Shown piece by piece: positions 10,303-20,305 of a stretch of DNA of 64,000 nt. Below the pieces are notes generated by a model. The model was given only the letters and a program-made list of their open reading frames with translations, searched no databases and was not told the origin of the DNA. Both the position numbers and the translations under genes were made by a program. The stretch is from the NCBI GenBank assembly GCA_965228855.1, contig CBDDIJ010000002.1, positions 160,001-224,000 on the forward strand. Direction: 5' to 3'. Within the stretch, counting starts at the first letter, position 1. Each line of letters starts with the position of its first letter. The DNA comes from Candidatus Obscuribacterales bacterium. Lineage in GTDB: Bacteria > Cyanobacteriota > Vampirovibrionia > Obscuribacterales > Obscuribacteraceae.

Positions 10303-10701
10303 TCAACGCCGATTGACCGGACGCCGAATCAGAGGAACCTCGTCATCATAAATGACGGTGGAGCCCTCCTGAGCGATCACCGCGATATCACCTGCGGTGC
10401 ACGCTTGCCCGCCGGAAGCGACAAACAATTCCTTATCGGAACCGCTTGCTGTCACCGTTGCCGACGCACAATCAGGCAACGACGAGCCGGCGGTAGCGGG
10501 AATCAGTTTCGAACCCGGCCAGTGCTGAACGTTGCTGCCCTTGCGAGCATAAACGACACTGCCCTTTTGCGCGACGATCAGCGCCCCGTCTTGAGCGAGA
10601 CCGACAGATCCAGACGAAACCGACACACTCACTTGACCGGCTTGCACAACTGCCGAAAACAAAAGCACCGCCAGCGATACCAATTTCGCACACGTTCTCA
10701 T
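10303..10701 (-). CDS. Small secreted protein with short A-x-x-G-S-x-V repeats
   Basis: Signal peptide ending AVVQA; AQDGALIVAQKGSVVYARKGSNV and AQEGSTVIY. ATGA overlap with the upstream gene. Confidence 0.7.
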   Translation of the reverse strand: MRTCAKLVSLAVLLFSAVVQAGQVSVSVSSGSVGLAQDGALIVAQKGSVVYARKGSNVQHWPGSKLIPATAGSSLPDCASATVTASGSDKELFVASGGQACTAGDIAVIAQEGSTVIYDDEVPLIRRPVNRR

Positions 10702-11588
10702 TGCATTTCCTCAGGGTTAATGGTTCTGTCTTCCTCGATAACTTCGGCGGGGCTACCCTGTGCCTCGTTGCCCGGCAGAGCGTCGGCGGCGTTTTGCAGA
10801 GCCTCGGCAGCGTTTTGCCGAGCCTGTGCCTCGATGTCCAGCAGAACTTCGGCAGCGCGGCGTTGAGCCTGCGCTTCGATACCGGTCAACGCTACCGCGA
10901 AGTCCGCATTCAGACGCGCCGAAACGCTACGCCCAATCTCATCGAAGGCTCGCAGAGGCGGCAAATCATCGATGAGAGGCTCGATTTTGCGTCCGATGAG
11001 GAATTTGGAAAGGGAAGCTGCTGATACTTCGCCCCTGTGATGTTTCCGCAAGTAATCATCCAGCGACTGAGAGTCGATGTGCTGGATTGCGATGGTTTCT
11101 GCCGTTGCGCTCCTGTTCGCGTTTCCGTCCTCGGATGTGCCCTTGCCGGACGCATCAGCAAACAGCCGCCAGGTAAACAGGTAAGCGCAAATCGCCGAGG
11201 TTTCCGCGAGATAGTCCTTGCAGGAGATGCGCGAGCGTTCCACCTCGAGACGCAAGGTTTCGAAACCGAACGGCATCGGCTGGTCACTCGAATATCTGAG
11301 AACGTCCCTCTCCCCGTCCCTTCGAGTAATCTCGATGCTAAGCGGATTCAACGTCAGTTCGTGCGGGACCTTCAACTCCGTCAGTCCATGCACATCCAGG
11401 GTGTTCATCAACCTCCGCCAAGTTGCATCACCGTCGCGGTCGGATTGAGCGATGATGCTCTCAAAACAGACGATAAGCCGAGCAAGAAAGATCTTGTCGA
11501 GCTCGGTCGACATGAAAACAGTTGGAAGAAAGTTCGTTCTGCGTCGCACCGTACCGAGTTCGGTGGTCTTCGAGTTTGATTTATCCAT
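10698..11588 (-). CDS. Hypothetical protein
   Basis: 296-aa ORF with GGAG RBS; translationally coupled to the next gene. Confidence 0.7.
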   Translation of the reverse strand: MDKSNSKTTELGTVRRRTNFLPTVFMSTELDKIFLARLIVCFESIIAQSDRDGDATWRRLMNTLDVHGLTELKVPHELTLNPLSIEITRRDGERDVLRYSSDQPMPFGFETLRLEVERSRISCKDYLAETSAICAYLFTWRLFADASGKGTSEDGNANRSATAETIAIQHIDSQSLDDYLRKHHRGEVSAASLSKFLIGRKIEPLIDDLPPLRAFDEIGRSVSARLNADFAVALTGIEAQAQRRAAEVLLDIEAQARQNAAEALQNAADALPGNEAQGSPAEVIEEDRTINPEEMQ

Positions 11589-11689
11589 ACATCTCCAGGA
11601 TTGATGGTGAGGGTTTAGGATGGCTCGGAAGCAGCGAACCCAGTTCGCACAGCACTTCCGAACCGGAGAAAATCGCGAATGCGTCGAGA

Positions 11690-12937
11690 TCAGGAGAACA
11701 TCATCGAAGCAAGCGATGCAACAAACGCTTCACTGCCCTCGACCGCCTCGAGCAACCAGTAAAGTTTGCTGGCGGCGACCATGAAGAACACGTGCAGCTT
11801 CTGACCTGCTTCTGCGAGAATCCGCTTAGCACGGGCGCGCAGATGAAACACCGTCGTAGCATCACCCCCTTGATTGCGCTCTTCTATAAGCGCCGCCAGG
11901 CGCTCCAGATCGCGCACGACTCCGGGATAATTGCCACTTTTGACCTTATAGACAAGCTCGCAAATCTCGATTCGCTTTCTCAAACCGCGAACAATAGCCG
12001 TTCGATTGCGCCTCATATAAAGCGCCGCCAGCGGCTCCAGCTCACGGATCAGAGTTTTTGCTTCTTGACCGACAGCCTTCTCCACGATGCGCATAAAATC
12101 GAGTTGATTCGCCGTAGCGATGAACAACTCGGCATTCTTCGGATCGCCGAGCGCGGTGTAAGTCTCTGAGAGCTCTTTATAGATTGCCAGACATTCGTTG
12201 CCGGGCAAGCTGCCATCAGCCTCATGCAGATCGACAATAGTGTGCAAAGCAGCGGCGGCTTCCTTAAATTTTTGCTGCTTCTTGAGCGTCTCGGAGAGAA
12301 CCACCAGGTTAGCAATCCGGTCCGCTCGCAGGCTTGCATCAGGTTTGACCGAACCTTCCACGACGCCACTATCTGCGGTATCAGCCAGCCCAGCCAACTG
12401 TTTCGCCTCTATAGAATCGGCGATGGACATCAGCAAGGTCTCAGCCTCGACATAATTGCCAATCATCAGACAGCAATTCGCCATCGTCTTTTGAGCCGCA
12501 ATCAGACGATCGTCTGTTTTGTCGCACGCGGTCTGAAAAATCTTCAAACCCTTTCGGTAAAAAACAGCTGCGTCTCCCGGCCGCCGGTACTCCCAGTACA
12601 GATCGCCGAGTGACATCCACTGGCGAGCCGTTATGGGGTCCTTCTTGCCGAACATCATGCGGTCGTAGGCGATAAAACGCCAGATAAACATCTCGCGCCG
12701 AGTGAACTCGTCTCGATACACAGACGGGTCGAACGCACCCGGCGATTTCTTTTTCAATGCCGAAGCTCCGGTCGCCGACATGGAACCGAAAGACTGAGAC
12801 ATCATTCGAATGCGATAAGGAGCCATCTCCGACCAGTCGTCGATCGCCTCTTGCAGCTTTAGACTGAGCCGCTTGGGAATGCCACAGACATAAACTATGG
12901 TTTTAAAAACCTTCAAAATTGCTTGCGGAAGCCTCAA
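11690..12937 (-). CDS. Tetratricopeptide-repeat protein (start uncertain)
   Basis: TPR-like helices: SLGDLYWEY...AAVFYRKGLKI, GNYVEAETLL, KFKEAAAAL, LEPLAALY. Confidence 0.75.
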   Translation of the reverse strand: MRLPQAILKVFKTIVYVCGIPKRLSLKLQEAIDDWSEMAPYRIRMMSQSFGSMSATGASALKKKSPGAFDPSVYRDEFTRREMFIWRFIAYDRMMFGKKDPITARQWMSLGDLYWEYRRPGDAAVFYRKGLKIFQTACDKTDDRLIAAQKTMANCCLMIGNYVEAETLLMSIADSIEAKQLAGLADTADSGVVEGSVKPDASLRADRIANLVVLSETLKKQQKFKEAAAALHTIVDLHEADGSLPGNECLAIYKELSETYTALGDPKNAELFIATANQLDFMRIVEKAVGQEAKTLIRELEPLAALYMRRNRTAIVRGLRKRIEICELVYKVKSGNYPGVVRDLERLAALIEERNQGGDATTVFHLRARAKRILAEAGQKLHVFFMVAASKLYWLLEAVEGSEAFVASLASMMFS

Positions 12938-13878
12938 TTAAGTTTCCTCCTTTCTGGATATTGCGTTTCCGCGAAGGCGCAGAACGATTTCGTCTGCACG
13001 TGGAGGTTGGCGTTTCTGTCCGAATGGCACGGAACAGGAAACGCGATTCGCAAATTTTGCGAAATTAAAACCGCTGTCGCTCTTGCAAACAGACACCGCC
13101 AGTGCGCGTGCAACCACGGGAGCTCATGAGCTTTTCGGTGGAATGCGTTGTGGGTAACCAGGGGCGCTTTTTGGTGATGTGGTACTAAATAGAGTGCAAT
13201 GCGAGAGGCGATATGTAGTAACAGAGAATTCGGCTCAGTGTCAGCAAAAGTTTTGTTAAAGGCTCGGTTTTACAACCTGAAACAACCAGCAACATTGGCT
13301 GCTTCCAGTGGAAAAATACTCAGATTCTTCGCACCAGTTGCGCCACCATGACATCCGCCATCCACTCGACAACAAGGAACAATGCTCATATATTCAGCAC
13401 TTGCGGATGTTTTAGAATCGGGACAGTCTTAACAGATACGAGATGCCAAGCGGAAGCGCAAGACAGAGGAAATGGTGGCGCGGCACGCATCAGGTTTTGT
13501 AGTGCGACATGTGCTGAACGAACGGAGCCGATAAGAATATGGCGTCCATGCGGCGGACGTTTACGAAGGCTCATATCATGAGCTTTCACGAAATATAAAC
13601 TAGCTTCGCTATTCCTCATTCCTCTTGATAATTTCAATTACATAACTCTCTGAGCAAGAACTAACTGAAATTGTTCGCTTTACATCGCGACTCTTTCCTA
13701 GTCTTCGATATCGCTAACTGTTTTTTTCTAGAGCTTCAACAAAACCCAAAAGCTCTCCAAGCTTCTAACTAATCCCGACACACAAATCGCCCGACTATGG
13801 CGATGCGTGGGTTGCATCTTCAAAATTTTGGACCACGCAAACCCTCATGAAATGTGGGTTTCCGGTCGGAGGTTAAAC

Positions 13879-15168
13879 ATGAAACATCCCGACGAACGCC
13901 AGACCTGGCGTCAGCTTCCTACGCGGTTTGCGAAGGAACTGCAGACGACGTTCGCGTCGCTCGGCAGTCGCAACTTCCGCGTCTATTCTTTGGGACAGGT
14001 CATCTCGCTGAGCGGGACCTGGATGCAGACAATCGCGCTGAGCTGGCTTGTGTACAGGCTGACGGGCTCCGCGACTGCGTTGGGTATGGTGTCGTTCGCC
14101 GGCAGCCTGCCCATTCTGCTGTTTACTTACTTCGGCGGGATGATCGCGGATCGTTACGACCGCAAGCGCATCCTGGTTACCACGCAATTTCTCGCGATGC
14201 TCGAGGCGGCGACGCTTACGGTGCTGACGTTCACAGGCTTGATCAGCGTTCCCTGGCTGGTCGTGCTGGCCTGCGTCCGAGGAACAATCACTGCAATCGA
14301 GCTACCGGCGCGGCAGTCGTTCATCCCCGACCTCGTGCCGAAACATCAGCTGCACAACGCCATCGGCATCAACTCTGCGATCTGGAACACGTCGCGCACC
14401 CTCGGGCCGGCGCTGGCAGGCGTCCTCATCGGCGTCTTCGGCGAGACAGTCTGTTTCGGTTTCAACACGGTGAGCTATCTCGCCGCGTTCCTGTCGCTGT
14501 ATCTCATCAAGATCCAGCCCCGCGAGAAAGAGACCGAAGCGGAGGCAAAACTGAATGCGCGCGACGCCGGTCGCGGCGTCTGGTCGGTCCTCATGGGTCC
14601 CGAGCTCAAGTACATCTTGCTGCTCTCCGCCGCGACCAGCATCTTCGGCTTCCAGTACGGCACACTGCTGCCAGTCGTCGCAGACAAGGTCCTCGGCGGG
14701 TCGGCGTCCACGCTCGGCTTCCTGTCGGCGGCAGCCGGTTTCGGCGCGCTGCTGGGAAGCCTGGCGCTCGCCAACCGCGGTCAGAGCAAATGGCTTCGCC
14801 GCGCCATCGGCTTCGCCTGCCTCGTGCTGGCGCTGGCCATCTCGCTCATCGCCTACTCGAATGTCATCGCCATCTCGTTTGTCGCTGTCGCTCTCGCCGG
14901 TGCCATGCTCAGCTTCCAGCTCAGCGGCGGCAATTCCATCGTGCAATCCTCGGTCAGCACCAGCATGCGCGGTCGGGTAATGGGCGTCTATTCGACGTTC
15001 ATGCTTGGATTCGCGCCAGTGGCGGCGATGATGGCGGGCTGGATGGCAGAAACTTTCGGAGTCAGCAACGCGCTCTACGTGAGCGCTGCGGCGGTCTTCA
15101 TCTCCGCTGCCACATATCTCCACTTTGCCAAGAGACAGTCCGGGCAGTCGACCGACACGCCGGACTGA
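13879..15168 (+). CDS. MFS transporter (MFS_3/DUF894-like, H+ antiporter-type)
   Basis: SLSGTWMQTIALSWLV, GGMIADRYDRKRIL, PARQSF and MRGRVMG; ~12 TM segments; GGAGG RBS before 13879. Confidence 0.9.
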   Translation: MKHPDERQTWRQLPTRFAKELQTTFASLGSRNFRVYSLGQVISLSGTWMQTIALSWLVYRLTGSATALGMVSFAGSLPILLFTYFGGMIADRYDRKRILVTTQFLAMLEAATLTVLTFTGLISVPWLVVLACVRGTITAIELPARQSFIPDLVPKHQLHNAIGINSAIWNTSRTLGPALAGVLIGVFGETVCFGFNTVSYLAAFLSLYLIKIQPREKETEAEAKLNARDAGRGVWSVLMGPELKYILLLSAATSIFGFQYGTLLPVVADKVLGGSASTLGFLSAAAGFGALLGSLALANRGQSKWLRRAIGFACLVLALAISLIAYSNVIAISFVAVALAGAMLSFQLSGGNSIVQSSVSTSMRGRVMGVYSTFMLGFAPVAAMMAGWMAETFGVSNALYVSAAAVFISAATYLHFAKRQSGQSTDTPD

Positions 15169-15245
15169 TTTACACGTCACTGCCGGTGGTGGCGTCAGTC
15201 TCCCCAGACTGCTCCACCACCGGCTCTTCTTCGTAGGGAAAAACC

Positions 15246-16028
15246 ATGAAAGACAACACGAACCGCTCCGGCGGCAGGCTCTTTCTGATCGGTGGCGCCG
15301 CAGAAAGCTGCCTCACGCACTTTTTCGAGCTGGCCGGCGGTGCAGAGTCGCACATTCTTCTCGTTCCTCACGCCAGTGAGAACTGGAAGAAAAACGGAGA
15401 CGCGCTGGCCGCCGAACTCCAGAACATGGGCGCCGCTTGCGTCGCCGTCGCGCTCCCGTCCGAGCCGTTCGCGATTCCGCGCGGCACCACGGGCATCTAC
15501 ATGCTCGGCGGTGACCAGTCGCAACTCGTTCGCCTTCTGGGGCAACGAGGACGCCTGGCGCTGCACCGTTACTACCGGCGCGGCGGTTTAATCGCTGGAA
15601 CCTCAGCCGGAGCGGCTGCCCAGGCAGATTTGATGGTGACGGAGGGCATGTCCGACAGCAAGCTCGTCGACGACTCGCTCCGCACCGGACGCGGCTTGGG
15701 CCTCGTTCGCGGCATGATGGTGGACACGCACTTCATGGAGCGAAACCGCTACAACCGCATGATGGCGGCGCAATTCTGCCGCAAGGGTGGACTCGCAGCC
15801 GTGGGTCTCGACGAGGACACCGGCATCATGATTGAAGGAGATGTCGCCACCGTATACGGTACCGGGTGCGCGAACTTCTTCGTGCCCGTTCGCGTGTTCA
15901 AGCAGAAGCACGCGCAGGAAGACGGCGCTCCGAGCCGGCTCTCCGTGGGCAATGTGACGGTTTCCTTCCTGTCGGCTGGCGCTCGCTTCAGCCTGCGCGT
16001 GATGGAGCCGATCCGGAACCAACCTTAG
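15246..16028 (+). CDS. cphB: Cyanophycinase / peptidase S51
   Basis: LFLIGGA, GGDQ, nucleophile motif GTSAGA, DTHFMERNR and GLDEDT. Confidence 0.8.
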   Translation: MKDNTNRSGGRLFLIGGAAESCLTHFFELAGGAESHILLVPHASENWKKNGDALAAELQNMGAACVAVALPSEPFAIPRGTTGIYMLGGDQSQLVRLLGQRGRLALHRYYRRGGLIAGTSAGAAAQADLMVTEGMSDSKLVDDSLRTGRGLGLVRGMMVDTHFMERNRYNRMMAAQFCRKGGLAAVGLDEDTGIMIEGDVATVYGTGCANFFVPVRVFKQKHAQEDGAPSRLSVGNVTVSFLSAGARFSLRVMEPIRNQP

Positions 16029-16228
16029 CGCGAGCTAAGATAGCCGTCCTTCAGAGCCGCGAGACTTCGCCCGGATTAAATCAACTGCCAGCGGTTGCCT
16101 GAAACGGGTCGAAGTCGTAGGTTCGAAGGCGTTCCCCAATTCCCCATCACCAGAAACCCGAACCGCAAGTCTCTCAGTAACACCGACGTATCTTTCCGAA
16201 CCTCTCTCTTATCCAGAAGGAGAACTGA

Positions 16229-16882
16229 ATGAAGTCGTTCGTCATGGTGCCCGGCGGCAAGCTCGTCCAGCAGCACAACCGCTTCGGGGGCGAGAACAAG
16301 TACGGGCACGACCGCTTCAGCGCGCTGGAGCGCCGCCGCCGCCTCGCCCGCGTGCTCGACCGCGAGTTCGACCTCACGGTCGGCGAGATCGGGCTGAGCG
16401 TGGTCGAGCCGGAGCGCGAGGTCGAGTCGACCTGGACGGTCCTCGAGCCCTGCAGCCGCTTCCGCCACAACGTCACGTTCGTGATCGAGGGCGACACCGA
16501 CCTGGCGATCCGCGTCTACGCGGCGCGCAACGGCGGCCGCCACCCCGAGAAGGTCAGCTGCGACTGCGGCTGCGGCCCGGACTACTTCGTGACCGAGGTC
16601 GACGGCTCGCTCTGCACCGCCACCGCGCGCCTGCGCAACTGCAACGTGCGCGAGACCCGCTCCGGCGACACCGTCGTCACCGAGCTCCGCGCCCGCGCCA
16701 ACCCGAGCTCGTGGGACTACCACACGCTCGAGCAGTTCCTCGCCCGCGAGGACGTGGTGGTCATCAGCAGCGCCGACATCTCCGAGGACGAGCGCCACTA
16801 CCGGATGCCCGTCCGCACCTCGCCCAGCGACTACCCGGACGACGTCCGCACGGTCGCCTGGCTGCTGAACGCCGAGCTCTAG
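16229..16882 (+). CDS. Hypothetical protein
   Basis: AAGGAG RBS; extreme GC3 bias; contains CDCGC. Confidence 0.75.
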   Translation: MKSFVMVPGGKLVQQHNRFGGENKYGHDRFSALERRRRLARVLDREFDLTVGEIGLSVVEPEREVESTWTVLEPCSRFRHNVTFVIEGDTDLAIRVYAARNGGRHPEKVSCDCGCGPDYFVTEVDGSLCTATARLRNCNVRETRSGDTVVTELRARANPSSWDYHTLEQFLAREDVVVISSADISEDERHYRMPVRTSPSDYPDDVRTVAWLLNAEL

Positions 16883-17037
16883 CCGTTTCTGAATGTGACC
16901 GGAGCACCCCTCTGGTCACATTCCCTCCCCCGAACCTCTACTATATGCCTTCATATCTCCGACAGTCCGCAAAACGAGCTCTACAACAGCCTTTCTAGAG
17001 ATCAGTAATGGGCGCAACGAGCTGCCAAGACCTCGTT

Positions 17038-17089
17038 TGGCAATGACCGATAGACAGTTTTCCGAAAATCCGGCAATCCCACGTAGCCA
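17038..17089. repeat. 52-bp four-box element, copy R2
   Basis: TGGCAA tgaccga TAGACA gttttccgaaaatc CGGCAA tcccacg TAGCCA. Confidence 0.85.
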
Positions 17090-17325
17090 AACCCAATCGT
17101 TCGAAACAAAGGCTAGTGAAGCGATCGCCGGAAACATATGTGGACAAAACAGCTCCCGGCAAGAACGACTCACTACGGCTTTTAGTAATATTCAGAGACC
17201 AAAAATCTGGCAATCCCACGTAGCCAAACCCACTCGTTCGAAACAGAGGATAGGGACGCGATCGCCGGAAACATACGTGGACAGAGTCTCTCAGGCACCG
17301 ACAAGTCACTACGGTTTTTAGTAGC
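17065..17325. repeat. Imperfect tandem duplication (~137-bp period) of the right half of R2 plus its flank
   Basis: AAAATC(C/T)GGCAATCCCACGTAGCCAAACCCA...GCGATCGCCGGAAACATA...TCACTACGG..TTTTAGTA occurs twice. Confidence 0.85.
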
Positions 17326-17380
17326 ACTGTTCGCAAAAAGACACCAGCCGAAACGCGACGGTTCCGGCTGGTGGTCCAGT

Positions 17381-19624
17381 TTAGAGGTCGACCTCGATGT
17401 CGATGTTTTTCTTATTGCGCAGGACGGTGACTTGAGTCTTGCCACCGGCGACGGTGTCAAACTGCAAGTCAACGCGCGCTTTACCGACATGCAATCCGGT
17501 TACCGTCACACTGCCGAGCCAGTCAGGAACTGCCGGCTCGATGATGCGGAGCTTGCCGGACTGCACCTCGATGCCCAGGCAGGCGGTCAGGATTTGAAAC
17601 ATCGTGCCCGCTGCCCATGCCTGCGGAACGCAGGAGACGGGATAGCGAATCGGTCCCTGAGTCTGCGGATTATCGAATCCGCAAAACAGTTCCGGCAGAC
17701 GTCGGTCCGGCTGATGCTGCGCAGCCGCAAACAGTCCACGCAGCACACGATGCGCATCCCTGGCGCGACCGACGGCACAGAGCCCTTCGAGCATCATGCC
17801 GTTGTCGTGCGGCCAGACCGAGCCGTTGTGGTAGCTCATCGGATTGTACGCCGCCTCGCCTGCAGCCAGCGTGCGAATGCCCCAGCCACAGAACATCTCT
17901 GGCGACATGAGCTTGCGGGCGACCAGCTGTGCGCGCGAAGCGAACAAAATTCCGGTCGACAGAAGATGCCCCGGATTGCTCGAAACCACGTCGCATTGCT
18001 CGCCGTCACGGTCGAGCGCCAACGCGACATACTCATGCTTCGGCATCCAGAAGTCGTTGTGAAACCGAATACGCAAAGCCTTGGCCTTGCGCGCCAGACC
18101 TTCAGCCAGGCGGGTTTCGCCGAGGTCGGATGCAATCCCGACGAGCCGAGCCCAGGCTTCGTAGAGATAGCCCTGCGGCTCGCACAGTGCGATCGGAGCA
18201 CGCGCGAGCGTGCCGTCCGAGTACATGATCGAATCGCCCGAGTCCTTCCACCCCTGGTTGGCGAGCGCCGCTCCGGCACGTCCACCGTAGGTGAGGTAAC
18301 CGGTCGGACCGACCTGCGAGTCCAGGAAATCGAGCGCCGCAAGGATGTTCGGCCAGAGCTTGCGCACAAGCTCCATGTCGCCGGTCGCCGACACATAGCG
18401 CGTGACGAGCATCAGCCAGAGCGGCGTCGCATCGACCGTCCCGTAATACGGCTTGAACGGAATCTCGCCCAGCCGAGCCATCTCGCCGAGCCGCAGCTCG
18501 TGCAGAATCTTGCCGGGACGCTCTTCCGTGAAGGCATCGTGCCGCTTGCCCTGATAGGCAGCCAGCACTTCAATCACCTCACGAGCGATCGACGGCTGCA
18601 CATGCAGCATCTGCAGAGCCGTCACAGCCTGGTCGCGACCGAATGCAGCGGCGAACCACGGAGTGCCAGCGCCGATGCACGTCCCCTTCGGCGTCGGCTG
18701 ACGCAGAACGTAGAGGTCACGCATCGCTCGTTCCAGAATGGCGTTGAATGCGGTATCACCGGTGGTGATAGTCGCACCGCCAGCCTGCCACTTCTCGAAG
18801 CCCTCCACAGCACGCTTCTGAGTGCCCTCGAAGGAACGCCGACGCCGGGCGGACTTGTCGTTCTTGTACGCGACACCGTCGATCTCGGCATCCGCGTGCG
18901 TGACGACTGATGACTCGATGACGTGCTCCTGGTGCGGCTTGAGATGCAGTTTGAAAACAGCCACGCCGTCCGTGATCGAAGGAGTCACGTCGCCGGAAAG
19001 AATCTCGACCGTCGACTTCATGACACTGCCATCCAGACCGCGATACGAGAAGACAAGCCGTTTCCCGACGCCCGCGAGACCGGAGGAACGCTTACCGCGC
19101 ACCTTCCCCTTCGCAATGTCGGTCACATCGACCGCCTCCATCGATCCGCGCGCGGGACGCTTGGCGCCTCGCACTTCGAACATGTCGGCGAAATCGGAAT
19201 CGAAAACGATCGCGATCTCCACCTCGACAGCCTTGCTGTGATAGTTGGTGACCACCAGCTTTTCGCTCAGTCGGTCCTCGATCACCATGCTGCGCGTAAC
19301 GAGAACACTCTGCTCCGGCAGGTCATCGACCTTGGGATTGCCGTAGACGAACTCCGCCTGAAAGCCGCTTGCAATGTCGCGCGCCAGCAGCCGCGGGTGG
19401 GTCTTGTTGATATAAATCTGCCACGCACTCATGTACCGAGTGTCGTCGCGAAACAGTCCGAACGGCGCCGGAACGCCACGCGAGAGCGGCATCATTCCCT
19501 GATCGTTCATGATGAGGAAGTGCGCGCCGTTCTTAATCACAATCCGGTCTTGGCTCGGATTTTCCGCCTCGTACTCGACGTTCGCGCCTTGCTGAACGCC
19601 CTGAATTTTTTGTACCGCTGTCAT
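17381..19624 (-). CDS. Amylo-alpha-1,6-glucosidase / glycogen debranching enzyme family
   Basis: GLFRDDTRY N-domain; AGTPWF..FGRD, PGKILHELR, YYGTVDATPL, NQGWKDS, YHNGSVWPHDN, LPELFCG and PQAWAA. Confidence 0.92.
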   Translation of the reverse strand: MTAVQKIQGVQQGANVEYEAENPSQDRIVIKNGAHFLIMNDQGMMPLSRGVPAPFGLFRDDTRYMSAWQIYINKTHPRLLARDIASGFQAEFVYGNPKVDDLPEQSVLVTRSMVIEDRLSEKLVVTNYHSKAVEVEIAIVFDSDFADMFEVRGAKRPARGSMEAVDVTDIAKGKVRGKRSSGLAGVGKRLVFSYRGLDGSVMKSTVEILSGDVTPSITDGVAVFKLHLKPHQEHVIESSVVTHADAEIDGVAYKNDKSARRRRSFEGTQKRAVEGFEKWQAGGATITTGDTAFNAILERAMRDLYVLRQPTPKGTCIGAGTPWFAAAFGRDQAVTALQMLHVQPSIAREVIEVLAAYQGKRHDAFTEERPGKILHELRLGEMARLGEIPFKPYYGTVDATPLWLMLVTRYVSATGDMELVRKLWPNILAALDFLDSQVGPTGYLTYGGRAGAALANQGWKDSGDSIMYSDGTLARAPIALCEPQGYLYEAWARLVGIASDLGETRLAEGLARKAKALRIRFHNDFWMPKHEYVALALDRDGEQCDVVSSNPGHLLSTGILFASRAQLVARKLMSPEMFCGWGIRTLAAGEAAYNPMSYHNGSVWPHDNGMMLEGLCAVGRARDAHRVLRGLFAAAQHQPDRRLPELFCGFDNPQTQGPIRYPVSCVPQAWAAGTMFQILTACLGIEVQSGKLRIIEPAVPDWLGSVTVTGLHVGKARVDLQFDTVAGGKTQVTVLRNKKNIDIEVDL

Positions 19625-20305
19625 GAGTTACTCCTCTGCGGTTGCTTGCTTGCCGAGAAAGCGCTGTGAATACTGAGTCTCGCTGTCAGGTCCTGGATTT
19701 CGCGCGACAAAATTCACATCGTTCGAAAACGATGTGCTCCGTCGAAGGCGAGGCAGGAGGCGAGGCTGCGAAAGTTTGGAAGGTATGGTTAACCGGGGTT
19801 TATTGTTTTGATTAACCTGACCATATCAATTCTCTAAGCTCTAAATCTCAGGTTTACAATGAACAACAAATACCGTAAGCGCGCCCATAGCTTCAGTCAT
19901 GAGTCTTAATACACAACTTCTCATTTACTTGATGCGATTGGCCCAACTAACTCACCAACCTCACGAATGAAATACTTTTCAAACGCAAACCTCGCGCGAA
20001 TACGGAGATGCAGTCACTGCAAGCGGTTTCAGACCCAAAGCCAAATCGTTTAACCAAAGCTTTCGATTACCGTTCGTAATAAGTCTGGAGAAAAAACAGT
20101 TGAAAGTGTGAGTTTGTTGCCAGTCTTCACGCACACATCAATTCAGGTCCACTCAGCAGAAAAACAGCTCGCAGCGCCACTCTCGAAAACTTCTCCGGTT
20201 TCGTCAACGGGAATATGAGGTGTCGCTCCGGATCTGATAAGACGTGCTCGCATTCAGCAAGACGCAGTGAAGACGAGAACCCGACTAACCAAGGAAACAG
20301 ACCAT

